Assembly (NCBI RefSeq): GCF_006345805.1 | Contig: NC_043002.1 | Location: 88,350,001 to 88,414,000, forward strand | Length of the DNA stretch: 64,000 nucleotides | Reading direction: 5' to 3' | Source of the DNA: Octopus sinensis | Taxonomy: Eukaryota | Shown here: positions 26,371 to 38,419 of the stretch, piece after piece | How positions within the stretch are numbered: position 1 is the stretch's first letter | Layout of the letters: the number at the start of each line of letters is the position of its first letter | Notes under the pieces: model-generated | What the model was told of the DNA's origin: nothing | The model's database searches: none | The model's input: the letters and a program-made list of their open reading frames with translations, nothing else | Made by a program: the position numbers and the translations under genes

Positions 26371-26972
26371 TAAAAAAAATAAAATAAGATAGAGGTGCAT
26401 GACTTAGTGATTAGGGTGTTGGACTCATGACCATAAGTTTGAGATTTCAATTCCTGGACTGAGTAATGCATTGTGTTTTTTAGTAAAACACTTTATTTCA
26501 CATTGCTCCAATCCACTCAGCTGACAGAAATGAGTATTTGTAAGACTGATTGGCATCCTGTCCAGTGGCAGTATATATGCCAGAGAATCCAGGAAACCAG
26601 CCCCATGAGTCCATATGACTCTTGTTAGAGCCGTATTATTTCATGCATTAACGAATCTATGAAGTTCCCTCTCTTACCAGAAAATATTTGTGTTATATTT
26701 TTATGCATTACATTCTTTTTTTAAAAAAAAAGAGAATACTATAATGTGAATTAAATAAAACTGTAAAGGTGTCTTTTGAACAGATCCAGAAAAGAATAAT
26801 AATCAAATGAATGTACCCCAGTACACACGTATTATCAATTCATATCCATTAGCTTTAGAGGGATAAAAACCATCTAGGTCAAATCCAGCAGGATTTTAAT
26901 ATAAAAAAAAATGTTGAGAATTTTAAGTATAATAGCTTTAGGAACCATTTATTCAACCACTTATAAATCTAA

Positions 26973-27050
<78 letters not shown>

Positions 27051-27645
27051 CTGTTAGTTATGGACTATCTCACTATGTTTACACATTAGTGATTAATTCC
27101 AGAAATGTTGTGTATAGTAACAGGATACTATAAAACACTAAAAAATTCTAGACTATGATATGAGAACAAATTCCCAGCCTTGTGCTTTCAACTGAATTTT
27201 CTCAGAGGAATAATGTGTAGGTAGATGGTTACATTAAAGAAGAGCGAACAACACTGTAATTTGATTCATTCACAAATTGGGCGATGAATAAGATAAAGAA
27301 TTTGACAATTCCAATTATTTTTTCATGATGGAATACCAAGAAGAAGAGGAGTGCCAACATGACCTTATTCAGAATGCAATAGGAACAGATTTAATCTTAC
27401 TTATATCCTGCACATGCTGCTAATAAGATGTCTGGCTCTACAAGACATGTCAGAGTTAACAAGTTTGAGGTTAGCCATTCATCAACCATGTTCATAATGT
27501 GTACCGTAGGATTTAAGAATCCAGTTTTTATATGTGGAATATAAGACAAACCTTAATTATTTCAGGGAACATCGTTTAATGTTAAAAAGGTCACCTGTGC
27601 TAACATATTCATGTTCTTAATTTCCATTCTATGCTGTGCTAAGTA

Positions 27646-27863
27646 TGAAGGAGTGATGAAAAGTTCCTGGCTTTATGGGTATTGTGAAAGGCCTGGTTGA
27701 AGGCCCAATCTTCCAAGTTCTTTTACAGGATTTAGAAAAACTGAAAGACCGCTGCAATAAGTGTGTGAATCTGAGGGGAGAACATGTTGAATAAAATCAT
27801 AATTAACGGATTCTCCTGTTCTTTTCTTTTACACAAAGCCAAGAACTTTTCAGCACCTCCTCA
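27646..27863. mobile_element. Mariner-derived MITE with TA target duplication
   Basis: Left end TA-TGAAGGAGTGATGAAAAGTTCCTGGCTTT; right end reverse-complemented TA-TGAGGAGGTGCTGAAAAGTTCTTGGCTTT. The interior encodes a mariner-like C-terminus (RCNKCVNLRGEHVE*). Confidence 0.85.
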
Positions 27864-27881
27864 TATAGGGACATTCTTTAA

Positions 27882-28092
27882 CTCTTTAGCATTTAAACCG
27901 GCCAAAAATATTCTACCTGTTTTATGTTCAAACTAGCCCTATCTGGTCTCTCACACCAACCCTACAATATTGTTTTAAAAATTAACAGCTACCCCATCAA
28001 AATCTCATGGCTACAAGATAATGAATGATTAGTTCAAAACAATGTGGATGAAGAAGCATTCATTTTGGCAGAATAATGTGAACACTAAAGGG
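27882..28092. mobile_element. piggyBac-type MITE with TTAA target duplication
   Basis: TTAA-CTCTTTAGCATT ... AACACTAAAGGG-TTAA. Confidence 0.7.
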
Positions 28093-28534
28093 TTAATGGT
28101 TCCTGTAACATATGTTTTCTATGAGAAAAGGCTGCTAGTTCCTCATTCAATCCATCTGCATTTCTTGAGAAAGAGACACCATAAGTGATTTTTCACAACT
28201 CTTCTACACAATACAATGTAGTCAATTCAGAAAGTGACAGACGAACAGATACACAAATGGAGAGAGAAGAATCAGCACCACCAATACTTTATTTCTTAAT
28301 ATCGTATTGATGAAAGACAAAGTAGGATATGAACTCAAAGCTCAAACAATTCTGCCAAGTCAGTGATATACACTAACATACACAGCATTTTATACACTGC
28401 CATTCACTGACAAATATGCTATATTATTTCATTCTGTGCCATTCACCAACACACAAAGTATTTTATATGCTGCCTTACACTGACAAATCGGTATGTCATT
28501 TTATTCTCTGCTATACACAAACATATCCTTTATC

Positions 28535-28915
28535 CTTTTTTTGTTTCAGTCATGAGTCTGTGGCTATACTGAGACACTGGCACGAAGAATTTTTAGTTAA
28601 TTGAATCAACACCAATATTTTTTGTTTTTGTTTTAAACCTGGTATTTATTGTATCAATCCCTTTTACCAAACTGCTAAGTAACAGTGATGTAAACACACC
28701 AGCACCAGGTATCAAGGGTGCTGGAGACAAACACACACAGACACACACTCTCACACACACATACACAATGGGCTTCTTACAGTTTCCATCATTCAAATTC
28801 ATTCATAAGGCTTTGATCAGACTGCGGCTATAGTAGAAGACGTTTGGCCAAGATGCAATGCTGTGGAACTGGACCCAGAATCATGTAATTGGGAAGCAAT
28901 TCTCTGCCATACACT
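28535..28915 (-). mobile_element. SINE family A, diverged copy
   Basis: Reverse-complement similarity to the family A body (TTTCAGTCAT..., GTAAACACACCAGCA, GGCTATAGTAGAAGAC). Confidence 0.75.
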
Positions 28916-28959
28916 GACATGTATGGTATTTTACTTCAATTTCACTGCCTTACACAGTA

Positions 28960-29402
28960 TTTTAATTTATATGGGATTTTGTTCCACCAGGGTTTGCAGG
29001 ATGTCCTCATCGAGCTCTACAGATTTTCCAGGATGAGGCTCATCATCTAGGCTGAAGTTTCCAGCTCGGAAATTCTGGAACCACCATTGACACTGACTTA
29101 CACTTACTATCGAATCCCCATATGCTGCATTGATATTCCTCACACTTTCTGTTGCATTGTTGCATTTATTGAACTCATACAACAAAATACACTGAATATG
29201 CTCCTTTGTCACTTCCATTATAGCATTGAAAAAATAACTGTTAAAATTGAACTGCACTCTTCAAAACTTGCACTAAGAATAAGACAAAGTAAAATTACTA
29301 CCTGCTTTTATAGCAAGTTGATGCAGGTAGTTTATCCCACCCCCCTTCGACTTTTAGTTCATGCAATTCAAAAAACCAGCATTATTTATGGGATGACCCA
29401 AT
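28960..29402 (-). mobile_element. Mariner transposon 5' fragment (TIR plus Mos1-type HTH)
   Basis: TIR TA-TTGGGTCATCCCATAAAT at 29402; ORF with ILLYEF...NA.ES.RNIN..YG...WFQNFRAGNFSLDDE. Confidence 0.85.
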
Positions 29403-29869
29403 ATATTAGTTGTTCGGTAGTTTATTATCTTTTTAACCCTGGAAGAATTAAAGGTAAATTGTGGATCTGTGGATTTGAACTCAGAAGACAAAGATTCATT
29501 AAAATTACTGCAAGGTAATCTGTCCATGTTAATAAATCTGCCAGTTAACCACCTTAGAGTCAATGGAGTTAATTGGTACAAAACAAGAAAATACATATGC
29601 ATAATTTCTTTTTTAAAAAAATGCTTATGCCATGGAGAGAGAGATTTGTTCTGACATTTTAGTCATGATACTTCAAATGTGTGTCTTAGAATGTTCTAAA
29701 ATAATATTAGATTAAAAAATGGTGTCATGGTGTGTTGCTATTGCTGATGTTGTTACTGCTGCTGCTGCTGCTTGTTTGTTTGTTTGTTTGTTTATTTGTT
29801 TGTTGAGCAAAGCAGTCTTCCTCCCAGTGCTCACAGTGGGAGAAGTCTGAAATGTGGTCCTTTGCTATT

Positions 29870-30165
29870 CGTAAGACCCACAGAAGAGAAAGCAGGTCAA
29901 CCCCCCCGACACCGAGAGCATCGCTGGATGGATGAATGCGCATTCAGGCTCAGCGGTTGCATAGGAAGTTGGGGACAAGTAACAGGAAGAAAGAGTGAAA
30001 GAAAGTTGGAGCGAAAGAGTACAACAGGGGTCGCCACCAACCCCTGCCGGAGCCTCGTGGAGTTTTTAGGTGTTTTCACTCAATAAGCACACACAACGCC
30101 CGGTCTGGGAATCGAAACCGTGATTTGCTGACTGCAAGTCCGCTGCCCTAACCACTGGGCCATAA
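29870..30165 (-). mobile_element. SINE family C
   Basis: Minus-strand head TGGCCCAGTGGTTAGGGCAGCGGAC...GGTTTCGATTCCC with A and B boxes. Relatives at ~34730-35040 (-), 55625-56170 (+) and 61790-62080 (-). Confidence 0.85.
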
Positions 30166-30407
30166 TTTTACTTGGCTTGATGGGTCTACCTTCTCAAGGC
30201 ACAGCAAATTGCCAAATGTCTGGGTTATCTATCATCGTCTCCATGAGGCCCAATGACACCTATATTGGCCACAATATTTCCTTTATATATGTGTGGTAGC
30301 TGGCCCTTATTAGATGAGTGACTAGAAATAGCAGCCAAATCACTCTCTTAGCTGCTGTTTCTAGTCAGAATGTAATAAGGGCCAACTAAAAGTTTGTGAA
30401 CAAGTAT

Positions 30408-30833
30408 GGATATTAGGTTTGAACAGCAGTTTTTTCTAGCGGTGTCATATGAAATTGTCACCCATAATTATGACCCTAGTATCGATCTATTGCATTTCAA
30501 TCTGTTTTAGGGTTAGGGTTAGATAGGGTTAGGGTTAGGGTGAGGGGTGGGGGAAGAGTATCTTTTTTTCTTCACAAATGTAAATAAACCCAATCTGTTT
30601 CTTAAACGAGGGACATATTCATATGGTACAGAATGTTTTTTACCTCACTGATTGGTTGAAAGTGCAGAAATTGAAGAAAAAAAACAACAAATATCTTACA
30701 AACTATAGAATTTTCTCAATAAAGCTAAGAGAAAAAGATGTTTTATAAACACATTCTACCCGTATACGCAGTTTAAAATTCTTTAGTTACCTAGAAATTA
30801 TGTTAAAAACTGCCGTTCAAACCGAAAAGATCC
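30408..30833. mobile_element. Second copy (opposite orientation) of the telomere-repeat-containing MITE
   Basis: Ends GGAT..TAGGTTTGAACAGCAGTTTTT and AAAAACTGCCGTTCAAACCGAAAAGATCC; internal (TTAGGG)n at ~30507-30541. Confidence 0.85.
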
Positions 30834-31482
30834 GGACAAACTTATGAAAATGTTTTGGACAGGTTAAGGGTTAAAGACATTCCAACTATGACCATCCAAT
30901 CTTTTTGATGTATGCAAGAATACATTGTCTGATATACTTCTTTATTTATTTAAGATGATTATTTGCTACAAAAGAGTGATATAGCTGCTATTTCTAGTCA
31001 GTCATGTAAGTGTAAAGAGACTCCTTCGTTGACTTCAATAAGAGAAAATATGTTGGAATGCTGTAATGAAATATTTTGATTCAGGAAGGATGTTTAAGTA
31101 TGTAAAACACAATGGTGGCTGTGCTATGAGGTGCTACAACAAAGTGCTAATTAACTGTTAATTATCACTGGAAACTATTCAGTTCCATCAACAGGACTGA
31201 ATTAAATGAAGCAGGTGTTAAATGAAAGTCATTGATAAATCCACTTGATAATTATTTGGACACGAAAAAATACACATGTGTGAACACATGTGTGTGTGTG
31301 TGTGTGTGTGTGTGAGCATGTGTATGTGTGTATGTTCGTGTGTGTATGTGTGTGCATGTGTGTGCATGTTTGTGTGCATGTGTATGCATGTATGTGTTTG
31401 TATGCATTTATATGTGTGTGTGTATGTATGTATATTTGTATTGTGTTTATGTGCAAATTCAGGTTCATTTATCAATCTATTT

Positions 31483-31522
<40 letters not shown>

Positions 31523-31558
31523 ATCTATCTATCTATCTATCTATTTATCAATCTATCT

Positions 31559-31601
<43 letters not shown>

Positions 31602-32042
31602 TTCACCATTTTCTATCTATCTCTATCTCTCCCCCTCTTTCTCTTTTTCTCTCTCTCATTACTCACATGTGACCATCGTCCATCTTTCTTTGCCTGCACC
31701 GACATTCAAAGGACTGGACGTTGTTTCTCTCTTCTTTCTCTTTTCTCTTTTTAAAGAAAATATTTCTCCCAGGATTCACTATTTTCTTCTCAATCTGGTC
31801 CAACATTCCCCCTCCATGTTAGTCATTCGGTTTTCTTGTATCTGTCCACTGTCCTGTTTTTGTTCCCAACTCTGACCCTCGATACATCCTGAATTTTATT
31901 TTAGAATTTTTAGAAGCAACTGTCTTTGAAGACTCACATTGTTGCTGAATGCTCGAAATGAGTAGATAGACAGCCGACAACTGATGAAGGATCTTTTCTC
32001 AGTGCTTACTTGACCTGTTTTCCATTTTTTCTCTCTATCATT

Positions 32043-32452
32043 ACTCTTTTACTCTTTTATTTGTTTCAGTCATTTGACTGCGGCCATGCTGGAGCACCGC
32101 CTTTAATCGAGCAACTCGACCCCGGGACTTATTCTTTGTAAGCCCAGTACTTATTTTATTGGTCTTTTTTGCCGAACCACTAAGTTACAGGGACGTAAAC
32201 ACACCAGCATCGGTTGTCAAGCGATGTTGGGGGGGGGACAAACACAGACACACAAACATATACACACACATACACATATATATATATACATATATACGAC
32301 GGGCTTCTTTCAGTTTCCGTCTACCAAATCCACTCACAAGGCTTTGGTCGGCCCGAGGCTATAGTAGAAGACATTTGCCCAAGGTGCCACACAGTGGGAC
32401 TGAACCCGGAACCATGTAGTTGGTAAGCAAGCTACTTACCACACAGCCACTC
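32043..32452 (-). mobile_element. SINE family A, near full length
   Basis: Close reverse-complement match to the 38862, 45852 and 60728 copies. Confidence 0.9.
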
Positions 32453-32530
32453 ATGTTTACGTATTTAACTTGTTTGTCTACATATTTCGTGCTGCTTACA
32501 CAGTTGGTGACGTCCTGTACCTATATGTGC

Positions 32531-32564
<34 letters not shown>

Positions 32565-32566
<2 letters not shown>

Positions 32567-33000
32567 CAGAACCAAAATTGAAGTCGATCAATATCAATGG
32601 AAATTGCAGCTGTGATACCAGTGCCGGTGGCACGTAAGCGAACCATCCAATCGTGGCTGTTGCCAGCGCCACCCCGACTGGCCTCCATGCCGCCGGCACG
32701 TAAAAAGCACCATCCGATCGTGGCCATTGCCAGCCTCGCCTGGCCCCCCGTGCCGGTAGCCCATAAAAAGCACCATCTGACCATGGCTGTTTGCCAGCCC
32801 CGTCTGGCACCTGTGCTGGTGACACGTAAAAAGCACCCACTACACTTACGGAGTGGTTGGCATTAGGAAGGGCATCCAGCCGTAGAAACATTGCCAGATC
32901 AGACTGGGCTTGGTGCAGCCTTCTGGCTTCCCAGACCCCAGTTGAACCGTCCAAACCATGCTAGCATGGAAAGCAGATGCTAAATGATGATGATGATGAT
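32565..33000 (+). mobile_element. RTE 3' UTR fragment with (GAT)n tail
   Basis: Sub-repeats GTGCCGGTGGCACGTAAAAAGCACC and the shared 3' end. Confidence 0.85.
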
Positions 33001-33004
33001 ATAT

Positions 33005-34687
33005 AAACCCCTCTACATAGCTTTCGTGGAGTTAGAGAAAGCCTTTGACAGGGTCCCCTGATCCCTTATCTGGTGGGCGATGTGGAAACTGGAGATTGAC
33101 GAATGGTTAATAAGGGCTGTACAGGCCCTATACATAGAGGCCGTCAGCAAAGTTAGGATTGGCAATGAGTATAGTGAAGAATTCCAGGTAGAAGTAGAAG
33201 TCCACCAAGGTTCAGCCCTCAGTCCCCTTTTATTCATCATAGTCCTCCAGGCAATAACAGAGGAATTCAAGACAGGTTGCTCCTGGGAGCTCCTCTATGC
33301 TGATGACCTGGCCCTCATAGCAGAATCACTACTGGAACTAGAAAAGAAATTTCAGGTGTGGAAGCTAGGTTTAGAATAAAAAGACCTTAGAGTCAATGTA
33401 GCAAAGACCAAAGTTATAGTAAGTAGAAAGGCGAACTCATCACACACCCCTTCAGGCAGGTGGCCCTGCTTGATTTGTAGAAAAGGCGTAAGTAGAAACT
33501 CCATAAGATGTACCCAGTGTAAGCTATGGATACATAAGAGGTGCAGCACCATCAAAGGAAAATTAACCGAGAAGATAGCTTTTGTGTGTGGCAGATGCAC
33601 AGGTGCAATAAACACTATTGATACTCAGAAAACAAATTCCATTACACTCCTGAGCGAGAAACTAGAAGTAGTTGATAGTTTCCGCTACCTAGGTGACCAA
33701 GTTAGTAGTGGGGGTGGATGCTCAAAGAGTGTTACCACTAGAGTAAGAATGGCCTGGGCAAAGTTTAGAAAGCTCCTACCGCTACTAGTGACAAAGGGTC
33801 TCTCGCTCAGAGTGAAAGGTAGATTGTACGACACATGTGTGCGAACTGCTGTGCTTCACGGTAGTGAAACATGGGCTGTGACTGCAGAGGACATGCGTAG
33901 GCTTGAAAGAAATTAAGCTAGTATGATCTGCTGGATGTGTAATGTCAGTGTGCATACGCGACAGAGTTTAAGTGCCCTGAGAGATAAGAAGCATTGGATG
34001 TGGTGTGCAAGTGAGATGGCTGTGCTGGTATGGTCATGTACTACAGATGGATGAAGCGAGATGTGTGAAGAAGTGTCACTCCCAAACAGTTGAAGGAATC
34101 TGAGGTAGAGGTAGACCCAGGAAGACATGGGATGAGGTGGTCAAGCATGATCTTCGAATGTTGGGTCTCACAGAAGCAATGACGAAAGACCGAGACCTCT
34201 GGAGATATGCTGTGACTGTGAAGACCCGACAAATAACATGAGTTTATGGCTGCTTCCTGCACCAGCTTCACATAGAAGCCCCAGCCCATCCAAAGTGTCT
34301 TGGATTGCAGGACAGCCTGCTGTGCTTGAGGAGACCAATTGAGTCAAGTATATCAACATCAAAAAATCAAATGGAAATTGTTGTGATACCTGTGCCAGTG
34401 GCACGTTAAAAGCACCATCTATATGCGGCTTCTGTGCCGGTGGCACGTAAAAAGCACCAACCAATCGTGGCCATTGCCAGCCTCCCCTGGCACCTGTGAT
34501 GGTGGCATGTAAAAAGCACCCACTACACTCACGGAGTGGTTGGTGTTAGGAAGGGCATCCAGCTGTAGAAACAATGCCAGATCAGACTGGAGCCTGCTGC
34601 AGCCTCCTGGCTTCCCAGACCCCGGTCGAACCGTCCAACCCATGCTAGCATGGAAAGCGAACGTTAAACGATGATGATGATGATGAT
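33005..34687 (+). mobile_element. 5'-truncated RTE-clade LINE (RT core through 3' tail), pseudogenised
   Basis: LEKAFDRVP, VHQGSALSPLLFII, ELLYADDLAL, PHD finger, FRYLG, LHGSETW and GRPRKTW motifs with in-frame stops; (GAT)n tail. Confidence 0.95.
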
Positions 34688-34729
34688 AAGATATACATAT
34701 ATATATTATTTATTATATATATATATATA

Positions 34730-35036
34730 TCACCATGATCACCGTGACCGACCAAGCTATCAGATATTGCTACACATCGCTGGTCACAATGCGCTTCGCA
34801 TTGTTTTAGCCTTCAAATGACGACACCCGGCTTGCTAAGCGAGCAGACCAATAGAAGAAAGTGAGAGAAAGTTGTGGCGAAAGAGTACAGCAGGGATCGC
34901 CACCACCTCCTGCCGGAGCCTTGTGTAGCTTTAGGTGTTTTCACTCAATAAACACTCACAGCGCCCAGTCTGGGTATCAAAACCACAATCCTACAACCGA
35001 GAGTCCGCTGCCCTAACCACTGGGCCATTGTGCCTC

Positions 35037-35040
<4 letters not shown>
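34730..35040 (-). mobile_element. SINE family C
   Basis: Minus-strand head TGGAGGCACAATGGCCCAGTGGTTAGGGCAGCGG. Confidence 0.8.
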
Positions 35041-35076
<36 letters not shown>

Positions 35077-35684
35077 CACACATATATATTAAAAGCGGCT
35101 GAAACTGCTAGGACGATCTAGTACTTGACTGAAGATTGAAAGCTCCAAGTGACCCGTCCTTGTTTTTCCTGTCGTTTTTTGTATTGTCTAACTGTCCATA
35201 TGTCTTGTTGTCGCCTGTTACGTTCTTGTTCCATTTTTGTTTTGTTTTATATAAATATATATACATATATAAATATATAGGAGTGGTTCTGTGGTAAGAA
35301 GCTTGCTTCCTAACCACATGGCTCCGGGTTCAGTCTCACTGCATGGCACCTTGGGTAAGTGTCTTCTATTAAAGATTTCGGGCTGTGAGTGGATTTGGTA
35401 GACAGAAACTTATGTGTGTGTGTGTGTGTGTGAATGGTTTCGTTCAGTTTCAGTCTACCAAATCCACTCACAAGGCTTTGGTCAGCTCAAGGCTATAGTA
35501 GAAGGCACCTACCCAAGATGTCATGAAGTGGGAATGAACCCAGAACCATGTAGTTGGGGAGAAAGCTTCCTACTATATCATCATCATCATTTAACATCCA
35601 TTTTCAATACTGGTATGGGCTAGGTGGTTTGACACACAAACACACACAGAGTGAGAGATATATATTTTTCTATAAAGTGTGATA

Positions 35685-35726
<42 letters not shown>

Positions 35727-35820
35727 TACACACACACATATATACAGTACATATATATATACATAAATATGTGTGTGTGTGTGTGTGTGTGTATCAATGT
35801 GTGTCATGTATGTTGGTGTG

Positions 35821-35851
<31 letters not shown>

Positions 35852-36239
35852 CCATGTGCGAGTGGGTGAATATGCAATAAATGCCAATATGGTTTATATT
35901 TTATCCGTGACTGCCAGTGAGTTCAACTATGAAGAATCAAAATTCCTCTTGGGCAACAACAGAAAACGTTGCTAAGTCTATAAACTATTAACTTCTCATA
36001 TTTCTCTGCCAAGAACATGACACTCAGAAATATGAATTCGCAACCTGTCTTCCCCCAAATATTCCTGACACCAGCTCGTGTTTCAGTAACCAATCCACTT
36101 AGCCATGCGACATTTGAACAAGTACAAATTAACTGATATTGAAGCAACAGTGGCTTATATCAGCTCCTTCTTTGAATCGCTATATATTAAAACAACTCTT
36201 TCAGGGAACAGGATTCAGATAAAACCATGCTGTTGCTGT

Positions 36240-36645
36240 TTATTATTATTATTATTATTATCATTCAGTAGTTTTATTTTTATAGCGTGCTTTCACTTCA
36301 CTACCGAGCGCAGCTCTGTGTGCCTTAGGTATGTGCTGTGATTTGTTGTGATGCTCTGATGGTTATTGTATGGAAAGTGTTCTGCGTAGGATGTGTGCAG
36401 TGCCTAGTAGTGCAATTTTCTGTATGTTATATGTGTTTGTAAGTCCTGGTGTTTTTGTTATGTATTTGTCTGAATATTTTTTTATCATGCCTAATGCACC
36501 TACTATGATAGGAATTGTTTCTGTTTTTAGATTCCACATTCTGGTTACCTCTGTTTCCAGGTCTTTGTATTTTGAAAGTTTCTCCATTTCTTTTAGAGAC
36601 ACGTTGTCATCTGCCGGTATTGATACATCAATTAGAAAGCATTAT
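36240..36645 (-). mobile_element. 3' end of an R4/Dong-like non-LTR element (restriction-like endonuclease C-terminus) in a (TAA)n tract
   Basis: CFLIDVSIPADDNV...KEMEKLSKYKDL..E..RMW....IPIIVGALG...IQKIALLGTAHILRRTL, followed by a short 3' UTR and (TAA)n on both sides. Confidence 0.88.
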
Positions 36646-36689
36646 TATTATTATTATTATTATTATTGTTATTGTTATTGTTATTGTTA

Positions 36690-36720
<31 letters not shown>

Positions 36721-36732
36721 TATTATTATTAA

Positions 36733-36778
<46 letters not shown>

Positions 36779-36845
36779 GTTGTTGTTGTTATTGATATTA
36801 TTATTATTATCATTATTATTATTATTATTATAATTTTTATTATTT
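36641..36845. repeat. (TTA)n microsatellite
   Basis: Direct reading. Confidence 0.95.
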
Positions 36846-37114
36846 TTTTTTTTGGTATCAGGTCAAATCTAATCGAGCAAACCTGTAAAAAAAAAGCACT
36901 CCATCTATGACCATTTGTTTTTTCTTTTTTTCCTTTTTTTTTTCCTCAGGTATCATATATCTAATACTCCAGTTTCCAGTATGGTGTTTAGAAACTTGAT
37001 ATCCAGTGCATATTAGTTTTACATTGTAGTATCAGAGACTTTTTTAAAGATACTTAATGTTATTCCTGTGATTTAAAGAAAATTTGACTGCTGTCTTTAG
37101 CAGGCTGAATGACA

Positions 37115-37330
<216 letters not shown>

Positions 37331-38285
37331 AAAGCGACTGAAACTGCTAGGATGATCTGGTACTTGACTGAAGATTGAAACCTCCAAGTGACCTGTCATT
37401 GTTTTTCCTGTCCTTTTTTGTATTGTCTAACTGTCCGTGTGTCTTGTTGTCGCCTGTTATGTTCTTGTTCCATTTTTTATTTTGTTTTATATATATATAT
37501 ATACATATATAAATATATAGGAGTGGTTCTGTGGTAAGAATCTTGCTTCCCAACCACATGGCTTTAAGATTCTCATCTTAAAATAACAAATGGTAATTTG
37601 TAACATAGGGATCAGACAAATTCAGAAATTTAAGGGGTACTAAGTATTTGACTGGTACTTTATATATACCTCTACTTTTCATCTTTCCATAGGTAATACA
37701 ATAAAATACCAGTCAAGTATTGGGGTTGATTTTATCAACACTTTCTACCCTTTAAATTTCTGGCCTTGTCTTGTCCCTATGTTAGAAATCACTATTAGTT
37801 ATTTCAACAGAAGGAGATTTCTTACATATTTATGCAACATCTACAATTTTAGATGTCTGGATTTATGTATGCTCACACATACATATATAAAAAGATAGAT
37901 GTAGGCATATATATATAGATTCAGATGAATATGGTACTTAAGTTAAAGTCACAAGAATTTTGTATGGTATTATCCATATAAATCAAATGGGGTGATTATA
38001 ATCAAAATAAGCAACAAGTATATCCAAGGTAAAGTAGTACAATTGTTTCATGCTACTTCATTTTATTAAACACTGTAAGTATTACATCAGTTTTAAAAAC
38101 TTTACCACTTCTATACCCCACTTTCCTTGTATAATGGAACTACAACTACAATATCTTTATATATTTTATATTTTATTTCTACTTCCATTCTCTTATTTCC
38201 CTCTATATTCCCTATCTCCTCCTTTACCGTAATAATTCCTTATTTTGAACTCAAATATTTACCTCTGTTTAACCATCTGACGTCA

Positions 38286-38331
38286 TCTCTGATGAAGGGG
38301 TACCCATAATATCCAAGAAACAGCTGTAAGA
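38286..38331 (+). ncRNA. Hammerhead ribozyme-like motif (minimal type I)
   Basis: TCT-CTGATGA-(ag GGGTA..TATCC aa)-GAAA-CAGCTG-TA-AGA: both core boxes intact, palindromic stem III ACAGCTGT, GUA site. Stem I is only 3 bp. Confidence 0.55.
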
Positions 38332-38419
38332 CTATATCTATATCTTTTTCCTTATAAGTGTCCTGAAAACTAGTCACAGCCTTGGCTTTGTTATCTCATT
38401 TTGTCTAATAAATATATAT

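Noticed and set aside
27401-27553. Stop-free minus-strand frame of ~50 codons ending at AA|GTAAGA, a possible exon
   Set aside because: No recognisable protein similarity, a weak acceptor and an in-frame stop just upstream; RNA evidence would be needed.
30505-30545. Telomere or chromosome-fusion scar from (TTAGGG)n (also GGTTAG-like repeats at 50-95)
   Set aside because: Only a few units, internal to a TIR element that has a second copy in the window.
32600-32850. Repeat-spacer pattern GGCACGTAAAAAGCACC resembling a CRISPR array
   Set aside because: Eukaryotic context, no cas genes, the spacers are related to each other, and the units belong to an RTE 3' UTR.
35095-35165. GAAAC...CTGAAGA arrangement as a type II hammerhead (also at ~37335-37400; similar remnants at ~16490 and ~31920-32000)
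   Set aside because: I could not close stems I and II around the cores; at best these are decayed remnants.
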